Assembly: GCA_030700255.1 (NCBI GenBank)
Contig: JAUYJN010000029.1
Coordinates: 6,589 to 70,588, forward strand
Length of the DNA stretch: 64,000 nt
Direction: 5' to 3'
Source of the DNA: Candidatus Peregrinibacteria bacterium
Lineage (GTDB): Bacteria > Patescibacteriota > Gracilibacteria > UBA1369 > JABINC01
Part shown: one piece after another, positions 37,309 to 47,347 of the stretch
How the letters are laid out: each line of letters starts with the position of its first letter
Position numbering within the stretch: position 1 is the stretch's first letter
Position numbers and translations under genes: made by a program
Notes under the pieces: model-generated
Database searches by the model: none
What the model saw: the letters and a program-made list of their open reading frames with translations, nothing else
What the model was told of the DNA's origin: nothing

Positions 37309-37480
37309 AAATTCCAACTGATTAAAGAGCGACCGCAGTCTACAAGAAAGTGACTCTTTATACAAAGGAAAAATGCAGATTCCTTGCGAATAACAAAAAT
37401 AAATGCTACAATTATATAATTTGTATAGCGTAAAAGCTAGAATTCCCCCATAGAACCTATTTTCTGGACAGACCTATTTA

Positions 37481-38665
37481 TCAGTCAAGCAAGCTACTTT
37501 GAACATTTACAAGATCTTCCGTAGCCACTTCAGGTTCTTTTGGCTCAACTAAGCCTTTGATTTGCTTTATTTGCTCCTCAGGATTTTGGATGAATCGTTT
37601 TAAATCGTTTGGTTTGAGATTTTCGACTCTCATTTTCTTCTTTGTAGTCTCAATATCTCCTCTTATGTCATTGCTCAAAGTGCCTTTTTGATGCATAACT
37701 TTCAAGCCTTCTACAGTTGTAAGCAAATTAATCGCATTTTGACGGCTGATATGTTGATCGTAAGTCGCTATCAAATTAACAATATTTTCTCTTTCTTTTG
37801 GGTCGAAGCTCTCTGCAAGGTCATAGTTCATAACTCGCTTAAAACTCGATAATATCGCTTCGAACGCCTCTATAGGTAAAGCAAAAAATGAATAACCTTC
37901 TTCATAGAAATGAGTTTTCTTCAAATTATCAAATTCGATAGTTGGAACGATGAAAAACACAGTATTATAAATTTCTTCTTCATTTTTTGATCCTTTAATT
38001 TTTTTTACAGTTTTCTTAACTTGATCATTTAGATAATTTTGTAAACTTGCCGATCTAGACATCTTCGCATCAAATATTATATATTGCCCAAGGAATTCAA
38101 CCAAGAAATCCGGCTTAAGCCCGCCATCAAATGAATCGGGTAGGGTGGTGTTTCCATAAAAAGCAAATCCTAACTCAGGCTTTTGACAAACCTCTTTCAT
38201 AGCAGATAAACAAGCATTTTCATGTTCATTCCATATTCTATCTCTTTCCCTTTCTTCATCCTCCATCCTCTCGATGTCTTCACGACGAATACGCACCTTC
38301 TCATCCTCAAGCGCCTTCCGAGCCTCTTCCAGATCAGTAACTTTCTTTGAAAATTCTTTTGTACGAGCCTCTTCTTCACTCTCAAAACGAGTTAATTTTT
38401 TCGCAGTTTCTTGCAGCTTTTCATCCAAAGTTTGGCTTTTCTCTTTGAGTGAAGTCAGATGAACAAACATCTCTTTACCCTTACCGGAAAGCTCATCTCT
38501 TTCAGACTCAGCCTTTTTTAAGCTAACTTCAAGATCAGTCATCTTCTCACGATATTTATCTTCAAATTCTTGCTTTAGATTTACATCTTCTATCTTCGCC
38601 TTAGTCTTATCCCAAACGATAAATCCGATAAGTCCCAAAAGTGCCAGTAAAGTAACATATTCCAT
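37481..38665 (-). CDS. RmuC-like DNA recombination protein (TM anchor, coiled coil, PD-(D/E)xK-like core)
   Basis: N-terminal TM, about 130 aa of coiled coil, then LKPDFLVEF..QYIIFDAKMS, which resembles the RmuC nuclease-like motif. Confidence 0.55.
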   Translation of the reverse strand: MEYVTLLALLGLIGFIVWDKTKAKIEDVNLKQEFEDKYREKMTDLEVSLKKAESERDELSGKGKEMFVHLTSLKEKSQTLDEKLQETAKKLTRFESEEEARTKEFSKKVTDLEEARKALEDEKVRIRREDIERMEDEERERDRIWNEHENACLSAMKEVCQKPELGFAFYGNTTLPDSFDGGLKPDFLVEFLGQYIIFDAKMSRSASLQNYLNDQVKKTVKKIKGSKNEEEIYNTVFFIVPTIEFDNLKKTHFYEEGYSFFALPIEAFEAILSSFKRVMNYDLAESFDPKERENIVNLIATYDQHISRQNAINLLTTVEGLKVMHQKGTLSNDIRGDIETTKKKMRVENLKPNDLKRFIQNPEEQIKQIKGLVEPKEPEVATEDLVNVQSSLLD

Positions 38666-38774
38666 CAGTAAATTGGTTATTGAAGCAGCAGAATTCTACC
38701 ACGAAGATATATAAAAGTAAGGTGAGTATAATTGCACCCTCGATCTATGGCAATAGATTTTTTTATTAGCCAAT

Positions 38775-39302
38775 TTAACAAAAGCCATCTTTCTCTAATT
38801 CTTTCTGACTTTTGATCTTTGACCCTTCTTTATCAATGTTTTCATCATAGTTACCATCTTCTATCCTATCAGTTCCCTCAGAATCAGCTTTGCTTGTATA
38901 GCATTGAGCAACTCCAAGTGCAGCAGCAGCTAGAGTACCTAAAATAGCAAGCATTATAGCTTTACGTTTACTGCCATAAATTTCCATTAATTTACTTTTG
39001 AAACTTTTACGTTCAATCAATTGACCTTCCCCCATTTTTCTTGTTTTCATATTAAAAGGGTACTCAATGAACTCGCAATCTGATATTGGTATAATAATAG
39101 TAACATTTGGATGTTCACTACCAAGATACCAATCTTCAATCTCTTCATCGCAATAAGTAACTTGCCAATTTCCACCATCAAGTATCACTATAGAAAGATC
39201 CCCATCATCACTTGTAATTACACAATCTTTTGGAGCTTGCTCCAAGGTTTGAGGAGTTATCAATGCTTCTGATAGACCCAATTCGTCATCTATTCCAGCC
39301 AT
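38775..39302 (-). CDS. hypothetical protein with a C-terminal TM helix
   Basis: 175-aa ORF; hydrophobic AIMLAILGTLAAAALGVAQ. Confidence 0.45.
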   Translation of the reverse strand: MAGIDDELGLSEALITPQTLEQAPKDCVITSDDGDLSIVILDGGNWQVTYCDEEIEDWYLGSEHPNVTIIIPISDCEFIEYPFNMKTRKMGEGQLIERKSFKSKLMEIYGSKRKAIMLAILGTLAAAALGVAQCYTSKADSEGTDRIEDGNYDENIDKEGSKIKSQKELEKDGFC

Positions 39303-39429
39303 GAGAATCTATTTAATAAATAGCCTAGTTACCATTGAAGCATATTTTGAGATAAAGTCAATGACTGGTTCACATTGCATTCAGACTTTCATCTCATATA
39401 CTATGAACTACCCTAAGTGATATAAGGAA

Positions 39430-42400
39430 ATGACAACAATCTTCCAACAACGTCTCGAAAAATTAAATCCTGAGCAGCGCAAAGCTGTGGAGGCTATTGA
39501 AGGTCCGGTTATGGTTATTGCGGGGCCCGGGACGGGTAAAACTGAGGTTTTGTCGGCGAGGATTGCGAATATCTTGCAATCAACAGATGCAGGGCCACAT
39601 AACATATTATGTCTCACCTTTACTGATGCCGGCACTATTGCTATGAGAAAGCGCCTGCTTGAGTTTATAGGGCCGGAGGCCTACAAAGTTAACATCTATA
39701 CATTCCATGCGTTCTGCAACGACGTAATTCAAGAAAATCTGGATTATTTTGAAAAAAGAGAATTATCTCTGGTGTCTGAGCTGGAAGTTGTACAATTTTT
39801 AGAAAAATTAATAGATAAATTCCAACCTGATCATCCTCTTTATCATGTATCGAGTTATTATGAAGTAGGGAGATTGAAGGATCTTTTTCAAACCATGAAA
39901 GCGGAAAATTGGACAACTTCTGACGTCATCGCTGCCTCTGATGAATATTTAAAAAACCTCCCGAACGATCCGGAATTTCAATACAAAAGAGCGAATTCTT
40001 CAAAAGGAGTCAAAGTCGGAGATCCGAATGACCGCCTAATATCGCCTGAAATAGAAAAAATCGAAAAACTCAAAGCCGGCGCAAAAGAATTTGATAATTA
40101 TCAGAAATTTTTAAATGACAAAGAAAGATACGATTATCAAGATATGATCGCTTGGATCGTAAAAGCATTCAAAGAAGATGAAAACATGCTCGCAACATAC
40201 CAAGAGAGGTTTTTATATATTTTGGTTGATGAATATCAAGATACAAATGGAGCCCAAAATGAAATTATAAATCTACTTACTAACTTCTGGGACAGTCCAA
40301 ATATATTTATAGTTGGTGACGATGATCAGTCTATTTATCGTTTTCAGGGAGCCAATCTTCGTAATATTATGAGTTTTTATCATACTCATCCAACTAGCGA
40401 AAAAGTGATGATTACACAAAACTATCGTTCATCTCAAAACATCCTGAATTCGGCAATGTCCTTGATAGAAGGAAATAATGAAAGACTTATAAATGAGATC
40501 CCGGGACTTGAAAAAAACTTAACAGCTTCAAATGCAGAGCTTGCAGGTTCAGAAACAAAAACTAGGGTTTTTGAATATTACAATACAGCGCATGAAGAGG
40601 CGGGAATCGTTGAAATTATAGAAAAACTTCATAAATCAAATATTGATTTAAATGAAGTTGCAATAATCTACAGTCAGCATAGGCAAGCCTATAATATAAT
40701 TAAGTTACTCGAACAAAAGAAAATACCACTAAACGTAAAAGAATCCACGAATATCTTAGATCTTCCTTTCGCCAAAACGATAATAAACATACTGACATAT
40801 ATCGCTGGAGAATTTGAGAATCCATATTCTATGGAAAGCGTACTTTTTCATATTTTACATTATGATTTTTTCAAGATTTCTGTGAGGGACATAGCTATGT
40901 TATCAGCAAAACTTAGGCAGCTTGAGAGCGAGCACAGGGCTCAAAAAAAATCAGCAAATTTGATGCAATTACCAACCCTTGAGCCGAAACTTCGTGAACT
41001 TATCACAGATGAAGCGACTATAAGAGATTTGATCTCAATTGATTCTCAAGAGAAATTATTGAAACTCGGGGAAGGTTTGAACAAATGGATAAGAAATATA
41101 CCTCACATGACTCTACAAGAATTAATAGAGACTATTTTTTCAGAAGGTGGGATTCTCGAATATGTTATGAACGCCGAAGACAAAGTTTGGCATATGAGAA
41201 TACTCACGACATTCTTTGATTTTATCAAAGAAGAATCACGTAAAAATCCAAACACAAGTTTAAAAGACTTATTACAGATGCTAAAAAAGATGGAAGAACA
41301 TGGTATCTCCTTACCACTTGCCAAAATGACTTTCGCAAAAAATGGAGTGAACTTTATAACCGCTCATTCATCCAAAGGACTTGAATTCAAATACGTATTT
41401 ATAATAGGTTGTCAGAAAAAAATATGGGACTCCTCCAGAGCAAACCGAGGCTCTTTCTCTTTTCCAAACACTTTAACGTTATCCAACACCGGAGATGACA
41501 CAGAGGAGGCGCGAAGACTTTTTTACGTAGCAATGACGCGTGCCAAAAAGCATTTAGTGATCAGTTATTCTGCAAGGGATATGAATGATAAAGATATCGA
41601 GATGAGTCAATTTGTCGCAGAAGTTATCGAAAATAGTAAAAAACATGCTCTAGATATACATATTGAGCCCTGCGCTCTCTCAGATGAAAGTATGATGAGT
41701 TATTACTCATTTCTTATGAGCAGTCAGCAGGTCAAAAACAACGACATAATAGAAGAACAATACATAACCGACCTTCTCAAAGATTATAAACTTTCACCAA
41801 CTCATTTGAACAAATATCTAGAGTGCCCTATAGCATTTTATTTTGAAAATGTACTCAGAGTACCGCGCCCACTAAATGAATATATGGCTTTTGGTAATTC
41901 TATTCACTATGCGCTTGAACACTTCTTCAAAAACACAAAAAAGCATGGCAGTTTTGATAATTTGGATAGATTGATACAGTATTTCACTTATTATATGGAT
42001 TTAAATCGCTCATCTTTCACTGAAATTCAATTTGAAAAACGATCTGCATATGGAGCAAAGGTACTTGAAGAATATTTCAACCACTACAAATCATCATGGA
42101 CTCCAAATGTAAGAGTTGAGTACAATGTATGGCAGGCTCAGATTGATGGCGTACCGATTACCGGAAAGATAGATAAGATCGAATTCGAAAATACGGAGGC
42201 GAATATTGTAGATTACAAAACCGGACAATATTCGAACTCAATACAAAATCTCAAAGCTCCATCAGAGGCGGAACCTCTAGGTGGGAATTATTGGCGCCAG
42301 ATCGTATTTTACAAAATTCTCACAGATTCAGACAAAAAAGAATCATGGAATATGACATCAGGTGAAATGGATTTCGTAGAAAGAGATTCAAAATCAGGCG

Positions 42401-42576
42401 AATTCAAAAAAGTAAAAATGGAAGTAAGCCACGAAGATGTCGAAATCGTCAAAGCCCAAATAAAAGACACATACACAAAGATAATGAATCATCAATTCTC
42501 GCAAGGCTGCGGCAAAGAAGACTGCCAATGGTGCAACTTCGTAAAACAAGAATATAGAGTAGGGGCTTCGAATTAA
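39430..42576 (+). CDS. UvrD/PcrA-type superfamily-1 helicase fused to a RecB/Cas4-like PD-(D/E)xK nuclease
   Basis: Walker A AGPGTGKT, DEYQDT, VGDDDQSIYRFQGA, TAHSSKGLEF; C-terminal GKIDKIE...IVDYKTG...RQIVFY plus Cys cluster LECP...CGKEDCQWC. Confidence 0.88.
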   Translation: MTTIFQQRLEKLNPEQRKAVEAIEGPVMVIAGPGTGKTEVLSARIANILQSTDAGPHNILCLTFTDAGTIAMRKRLLEFIGPEAYKVNIYTFHAFCNDVIQENLDYFEKRELSLVSELEVVQFLEKLIDKFQPDHPLYHVSSYYEVGRLKDLFQTMKAENWTTSDVIAASDEYLKNLPNDPEFQYKRANSSKGVKVGDPNDRLISPEIEKIEKLKAGAKEFDNYQKFLNDKERYDYQDMIAWIVKAFKEDENMLATYQERFLYILVDEYQDTNGAQNEIINLLTNFWDSPNIFIVGDDDQSIYRFQGANLRNIMSFYHTHPTSEKVMITQNYRSSQNILNSAMSLIEGNNERLINEIPGLEKNLTASNAELAGSETKTRVFEYYNTAHEEAGIVEIIEKLHKSNIDLNEVAIIYSQHRQAYNIIKLLEQKKIPLNVKESTNILDLPFAKTIINILTYIAGEFENPYSMESVLFHILHYDFFKISVRDIAMLSAKLRQLESEHRAQKKSANLMQLPTLEPKLRELITDEATIRDLISIDSQEKLLKLGEGLNKWIRNIPHMTLQELIETIFSEGGILEYVMNAEDKVWHMRILTTFFDFIKEESRKNPNTSLKDLLQMLKKMEEHGISLPLAKMTFAKNGVNFITAHSSKGLEFKYVFIIGCQKKIWDSSRANRGSFSFPNTLTLSNTGDDTEEARRLFYVAMTRAKKHLVISYSARDMNDKDIEMSQFVAEVIENSKKHALDIHIEPCALSDESMMSYYSFLMSSQQVKNNDIIEEQYITDLLKDYKLSPTHLNKYLECPIAFYFENVLRVPRPLNEYMAFGNSIHYALEHFFKNTKKHGSFDNLDRLIQYFTYYMDLNRSSFTEIQFEKRSAYGAKVLEEYFNHYKSSWTPNVRVEYNVWQAQIDGVPITGKIDKIEFENTEANIVDYKTGQYSNSIQNLKAPSEAEPLGGNYWRQIVFYKILTDSDKKESWNMTSGEMDFVERDSKSGEFKKVKMEVSHEDVEIVKAQIKDTYTKIMNHQFSQGCGKEDCQWCNFVKQEYRVGASN

Positions 42577-43733
42577 GCAGCAGCTTCTTCTTCAACTTTA
42601 ACTACAGCTAGTGCTTCGACTTCTCCACTTATAGCTTTTTTTGCAGTTTCTTCACGAACTGAAAGTGCAATTCTATGTTCGTTTTGATCTACAGCGATTA
42701 CCCATGCTTCGATTTTTTCACCTGCCTTGAATACAGTTATAGGATCTCTTGAATCTCCGGCATCTTCATATAATTCAGATATATGTATAAGTCCGTTAAT
42801 TTGATCGTTTAGAGCTACAAATACTCCAAATGGAGTAACTTTGTTTACAACTGCTGTAACTTTTTGTCCAAGTGGGAAGTCTTTTTCGATATTCTCCCAT
42901 GGATTTGAAGTAAGTCTCTTCATAGAGAGAGAAATCTTACCGTTTTCGATACCGATAACCATAACCTCAACTTCTTCTCCAACTTTTCCATAGTTACGAG
43001 TGTCTTTACAGTGACCCCATTCGATTTCAGATACATGGACTAGCCCTTCTACCTGACCGAATGTAACGAATATACCGAATGCAACTATACCGGATATTCT
43101 ACCTTTGATCTTTTGACCAATTGCAAGTTTATCAAGTGTATCGCTTCTATCTCCTTGGAATGCGGCTTTTTCAGATAAAATCAATTTACCATTTTCTTTA
43201 TCAAGGTTAAGGATCTTAACTTCCAATTCAACACCCATAAGTTCTTTCAGTTTAGTAAGGATTTGGTTCGCATCAGCTCCATTTACACGTGGGTAATGAA
43301 GAGGGGATAGTTGAGATACCGGTATAAATCCTTTAATTCCATCAAGATCAAGTAGTAGACCACCTTTGTTAGCCTCAGTTGGTTTAACTTTGATCGCTTC
43401 ATCTTTTGAATACGCATCGATGAATTTCTTCCATGTTTTCTCCTGACTTGCTTTACGGAAAGAAAGAACTACGAAACCTTCTTCATTTTCTTCTTCAAGT
43501 ACTGCAGCGATAACAGTATCACCAGGTTTTAAACCTTTTGCAGTATCAAATGCATCTTTTGATTCTTTACCGGAAATACTTCCTGTTAAAGTCCCATTAA
43601 GATCAACTAATATACAGTTTTTCTGTATAGAAATAACGGCACCTTCGATAAGTTCTCCAGGTACCACCTTAAAAGGTGAGAAATCTTTGAGTAGCTCATC
43701 CATTGCATGGGGAGCTTGTTTTGTTGCAGCCAT
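42573..43733 (-). CDS. rpsA: 30S ribosomal protein S1 (four S1 domains)
   Basis: Repeated S1 OB-fold signatures (G.V..I..FG.FV.L....GL.H.SE.). Confidence 0.88.
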   Translation of the reverse strand: MAATKQAPHAMDELLKDFSPFKVVPGELIEGAVISIQKNCILVDLNGTLTGSISGKESKDAFDTAKGLKPGDTVIAAVLEEENEEGFVVLSFRKASQEKTWKKFIDAYSKDEAIKVKPTEANKGGLLLDLDGIKGFIPVSQLSPLHYPRVNGADANQILTKLKELMGVELEVKILNLDKENGKLILSEKAAFQGDRSDTLDKLAIGQKIKGRISGIVAFGIFVTFGQVEGLVHVSEIEWGHCKDTRNYGKVGEEVEVMVIGIENGKISLSMKRLTSNPWENIEKDFPLGQKVTAVVNKVTPFGVFVALNDQINGLIHISELYEDAGDSRDPITVFKAGEKIEAWVIAVDQNEHRIALSVREETAKKAISGEVEALAVVKVEEEAAA

Positions 43734-43837
43734 AAGCTTATTTTGCGACTTTCTTAAAATATAATAGCTCTTAAACTACGTGTCGCATATAGCAAAAAGC
43801 AGAGGGATTCTACTGTCTGAGCCTCAAAATTGCAAGC

Positions 43838-46498
43838 TTACTTTTTTGCAGCTACTGTAGCTTTGGCGGTGCTTAGTGTGATTTTTTCCTTTGTTAATCC
43901 AATATTTATCGTGTCGCCTTCTTTGATTTTGCCATCTATCCAAAGGTCAGAGAATTGGTCTTCGATAATTTCTTGGAGTTTGCGGCGGACGGGACGTGCG
44001 CCGTACTCAGGATCATAACTTACGTTCGCCAAGTGTTCTAAAGCTTTATCACTTACATTGAAATGAATATTTTTTTCAGACAAACGCTCTTCGATCTGAG
44101 CTATGTGTAATTTCACTATTTGTTTGATCTGATCGTGAGTAAGCGGTCTAAATACAAGAACTCCATCCAAACGATTGATAAATTCAGGTTTGAAATGTTC
44201 CTTCATCTTCTCAAGTACTTGAGCTTTTTTCTCCTCATAAGCTTCTTCAGCTTCATTTAACTCATCTTTACTGAGTGAGAATCCGATTTTTGCAGCTTTG
44301 TTAGTCAATTCTTCAGATCCAATATTTGAAGTCATGATTATAATTGTATTTTTGAAATCCACTTTACGTCCTTTACCATCTGTAAGTTCACCATCTTCCA
44401 TGATTTGAAGAAGAATATTGAAAACATCAGGATGAGCTTTTTCTACTTCATCAAATAAGACGATAGAGTAGGGTTGTTTACGAATTTTTTCAGTAAGCTG
44501 ACCTCCTTCCTCATATCCAACATAACCGGCTGTAGTACCGGTAAGACGTGAAGTATTATGACGTTCCATAAATTCAGACATATCTATCTTTATGAGAGCA
44601 TGCTCATTGTCATAAACTTGCTTAGCAAGTTGTTTTACAAGCTCCGTCTTACCAACTCCGGTTGGCCCCATGAACATAAACGCACCAATTGGTCTTTTGT
44701 GATTACCAATACCTGTACGAGAGCGACGTATCGCTTGAGCAACACCGTGAATAGCCTCTTCTTGACCTATTATAACGCTACCAAGTTTCTCTTCGAGATT
44801 CTTTAGCTTTTTCGCATCTTCTTGCAATAATTTTGAGACCGGTATACCGGTCATTCTTTCAATAACTTTTGCAACATCGTCAGCATCTATACTCTCACGT
44901 TGGCTACGTGGGATTTTAACTCGTTTCGCTTCATTGATTTCTTCCATAAGCTTAAGTTCCTGCGAACGAAGCTGCGCTGCGGCTTCATATTCTTGGTTTG
45001 AAACAGCGATTTCTTTATCTTTATTGATTTTCTTAAGATCTTTTTGCAATCCTTTTATAGAATTTGATTGTTGAGGACTCTTGATAACTTTAAGAGCCGC
45101 AGCTTCATCGACAAGATCGATTGCTTTATCAGGCAAAAATCTATCATTGATATATCTATGAGAAAGAGTAACTGCGCTTTCAAGAGCGTCATCAGTTATA
45201 AGCAAGTTATGATGATCTTCAAAACTCTCACGAAGACCTCTAAGAATCTCAAGTGAATCTTCGGCATTTGGTTCTCCAACTACAATTGGCTGGAATCTAC
45301 GTTCAAGAGCGGTATCCGGTTCAATATGTTTTGAGTAATCATTAAGCGTTGTCGCTCCAATCATTTGAATTTTTGAACGAGAAAGTGCCGGCTTCAATAT
45401 ATTTGCGGCATCCAAACTTCCTTCCGCTGATCCCGCTCCAACTACAGTATGTAGCTCATCTATAAATAGAATTACATTATCAAGCGTAGTCGCTTCATCA
45501 ATAATTTGTTTAATTCGTTCTTCGAATTCCCCACGATATTTTGTACCTGCTACGACTGAGGCCATAGATAATGAAAGAATTTTTTTGTCTAACATAGAAG
45601 TTGGCACTTCTTCATTGACAATCGCGTAAGCTAGTCCTTCAGCAACAGCTGTTTTACCAACTCCGGGCTCACCTATAAGTACCGGGTTATTCTTTGTTTT
45701 ACGTTGTAATATACTTACCATTCTCTCTATTTCAGAGCTTCGCCCAATAACCGGCCCAAGCTTTCCTTCACGACATTCTTTTGTCATATCCGTTGTGAAG
45801 TAATCAAGGGCAGGAGTGGCAGTTCCTTTTTGCTGAGTATCAGCAGGTTTATTCGCAGCCTTTTCGTAAGCTTCTTGCGGCTCGTTGTTATTCGCCTGCA
45901 ATACCCCATGAAGTCCACTCAAGAAGAATTCCAAAGGATTCATGCCATTTTTCTGCATATCAGCAGGATTACCGGCAGAGCTTCGTTTACCACCACCGGC
46001 AGTTTTATTCATATCACCGGTCATTGCTCCGGCAGGAGATTTTAAATTATCAAAAGTTTCAGCGATCTTACCTTTTATATCATTAGTTGAAACCTTCATA
46101 TTTTCCAATATAACTGTAGCAGCTGTATTTTCTTGGCTAACGACTGCAAAAAGCAGGTGTTCAGTCCCAACGAATGAATGCTCATGTTCATGAGCACATT
46201 TTACTGCATCCTCAATAACTTTTTTAGCAAAACCGGAAAGCCCCCCTTGCTGTCCAGGTTTCATTTGAGTACTTGTGACACGTCCAACTGACTTAAGAAC
46301 AAGTTCTACATTACCAAGTGAAACACCAAATTCATTTAGAATAGATGCTCCAAGCGATGATTGCTGACTGAGCACACCAATAAGTAGGTGTTCCGTACCT
46401 ACATATGAAGATGTCATTTGCTTAGCTGTCTCTTGCGCGACCATCAAAGCCTGCTTAGCCTCTTTGGTAAACTTTTCGAAACGTCCTTCGGATGTCAT
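43838..46498 (-). CDS. clpC: ATP-dependent Clp protease ATP-binding subunit ClpC
   Basis: Two Clp_N repeats (GTEHLL x2), two AAA+ modules ([16 protein letters not shown]), a short UVR-like M-domain ([13 protein letters not shown]) and a ClpP-docking IGF loop (AKIGFSL). Confidence 0.9.
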   Translation of the reverse strand: MTSEGRFEKFTKEAKQALMVAQETAKQMTSSYVGTEHLLIGVLSQQSSLGASILNEFGVSLGNVELVLKSVGRVTSTQMKPGQQGGLSGFAKKVIEDAVKCAHEHEHSFVGTEHLLFAVVSQENTAATVILENMKVSTNDIKGKIAETFDNLKSPAGAMTGDMNKTAGGGKRSSAGNPADMQKNGMNPLEFFLSGLHGVLQANNNEPQEAYEKAANKPADTQQKGTATPALDYFTTDMTKECREGKLGPVIGRSSEIERMVSILQRKTKNNPVLIGEPGVGKTAVAEGLAYAIVNEEVPTSMLDKKILSLSMASVVAGTKYRGEFEERIKQIIDEATTLDNVILFIDELHTVVGAGSAEGSLDAANILKPALSRSKIQMIGATTLNDYSKHIEPDTALERRFQPIVVGEPNAEDSLEILRGLRESFEDHHNLLITDDALESAVTLSHRYINDRFLPDKAIDLVDEAAALKVIKSPQQSNSIKGLQKDLKKINKDKEIAVSNQEYEAAAQLRSQELKLMEEINEAKRVKIPRSQRESIDADDVAKVIERMTGIPVSKLLQEDAKKLKNLEEKLGSVIIGQEEAIHGVAQAIRRSRTGIGNHKRPIGAFMFMGPTGVGKTELVKQLAKQVYDNEHALIKIDMSEFMERHNTSRLTGTTAGYVGYEEGGQLTEKIRKQPYSIVLFDEVEKAHPDVFNILLQIMEDGELTDGKGRKVDFKNTIIIMTSNIGSEELTNKAAKIGFSLSKDELNEAEEAYEEKKAQVLEKMKEHFKPEFINRLDGVLVFRPLTHDQIKQIVKLHIAQIEERLSEKNIHFNVSDKALEHLANVSYDPEYGARPVRRKLQEIIEDQFSDLWIDGKIKEGDTINIGLTKEKITLSTAKATVAAKK

Positions 46499-46657
46499 TT
46501 TTATTTTGTATTAAGGGATGAAAATATTGAAGTAGCTTCATTCTACCTCATTTTGCGCTTTTTTTTAAGTTCTCATGCCAATTCTTCGCTTTACTTTTTA
46601 CCTCTAATATCCTGCAATATATTAAACGGAGTAGTGGCCAATGTATTACATAGCAAA

Positions 46658-46684
46658 TTGGCACTCTAGATTATAGAGTGCCAA
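46658..46684. promoter_or_regulatory. CIRCE-like inverted repeat (candidate HrcA operator)
   Basis: TTGGCACTC-N9-GAGTGCCAA versus the CIRCE consensus TTAGCACTC-N9-GAGTGCTAA (8/9 in each arm). Confidence 0.6.
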
Positions 46685-46698
46685 CCGCATTATTGCAA
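46670..46698 (-). promoter_or_regulatory. near-consensus promoter for clpC overlapping the CIRCE-like element
   Basis: On the minus strand: TTGCAA (46698-46693), 17-nt spacer, TATAAT (46675-46670); the -10 lies in the CIRCE spacer. Confidence 0.55.
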
Positions 46699-46705
46699 CG
46701 AAAAA

Positions 46706-47035
46706 TTATCGAATTAATTCCTCAATTATTTTATCAAAATGATACTGCAACTGATTTTCACTTATACTTTCTTCTTGATTTTTACTATAGATGCAGAGTG
46801 GAGCTAAAAGATCTTTGTTTACATATACATAAATATAGCACCTTAAACTTCCGGATTTACCTTTATTTTGATCGGAGCTTTTTATTCTCACTTTATAAAT
46901 CGATTTCCCGATGTGAATTTCATTTTTGAAATCAATGGTTTTTATCTTCAAAAGCAAATCCTCTTTTGCGTGAGGGAATCTTTTCATCAATTTTTTTAAT
47001 TGATGTTTAAAATGATTGGCAAAAAAAGGCTTCAT
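46706..47035 (-). CDS. RelE/ParE-superfamily toxin-like protein
   Basis: YKVRIKSSDQNKGKSGSLRCYIYV...LLAPLCIYSKNQEESIS resembles the kvR...GKSgGyRviy...ll.iy.K core of RelE/HigB-type toxins. Confidence 0.55.
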   Translation of the reverse strand: MKPFFANHFKHQLKKLMKRFPHAKEDLLLKIKTIDFKNEIHIGKSIYKVRIKSSDQNKGKSGSLRCYIYVYVNKDLLAPLCIYSKNQEESISENQLQYHFDKIIEELIR

Positions 47036-47044
47036 GAAAATTCC

Positions 47045-47275
47045 TTATATGTCTGACAGTTGCTCTTCGGCTGAAGGAAGTGTATCGGTATCGATTTTAT
47101 CGAGTAACTTATTGAGAATGTTGATTGAATTATCAAGAGAGTTTTTTTTGGTCAAAAAATAGTATTTGATAAGAAAAGTAAACGTGGCGGTACGATTTCC
47201 CAATCCCTCTTCCTCTTGAATCAAATCAAGTTCTTGCGGAATTTTTTCATTTACTTTGAATAGTATTGAACTCAT
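47045..47275 (-). CDS. putative cognate antitoxin (small, upstream, 9-nt gap)
   Basis: 76-aa ORF directly upstream of the toxin-like gene; no motif recognised. Confidence 0.4.
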   Translation of the reverse strand: MSSILFKVNEKIPQELDLIQEEEGLGNRTATFTFLIKYYFLTKKNSLDNSINILNKLLDKIDTDTLPSAEEQLSDI

Positions 47276-47347
47276 ATACTTTATATTACATTCTATTTAT
47301 CATATAAAATATATACTTTTTATATAAAAAACGCAATTGAAAAGTAT

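Noticed and set aside
39307-39321. The palindrome ctatttaataaatag in the divergent region upstream of the helicase gene
   Set aside because: It is a 15-nt, purely AT-rich palindrome in an AT-rich intergenic region. The chance expectation is too high to call it an operator.
42573-42576. Overlapping convergent stop codons of the helicase-nuclease gene and rpsA (shared TTAA)
   Set aside because: It is real but trivial, a consequence of genome compaction rather than a regulatory feature.
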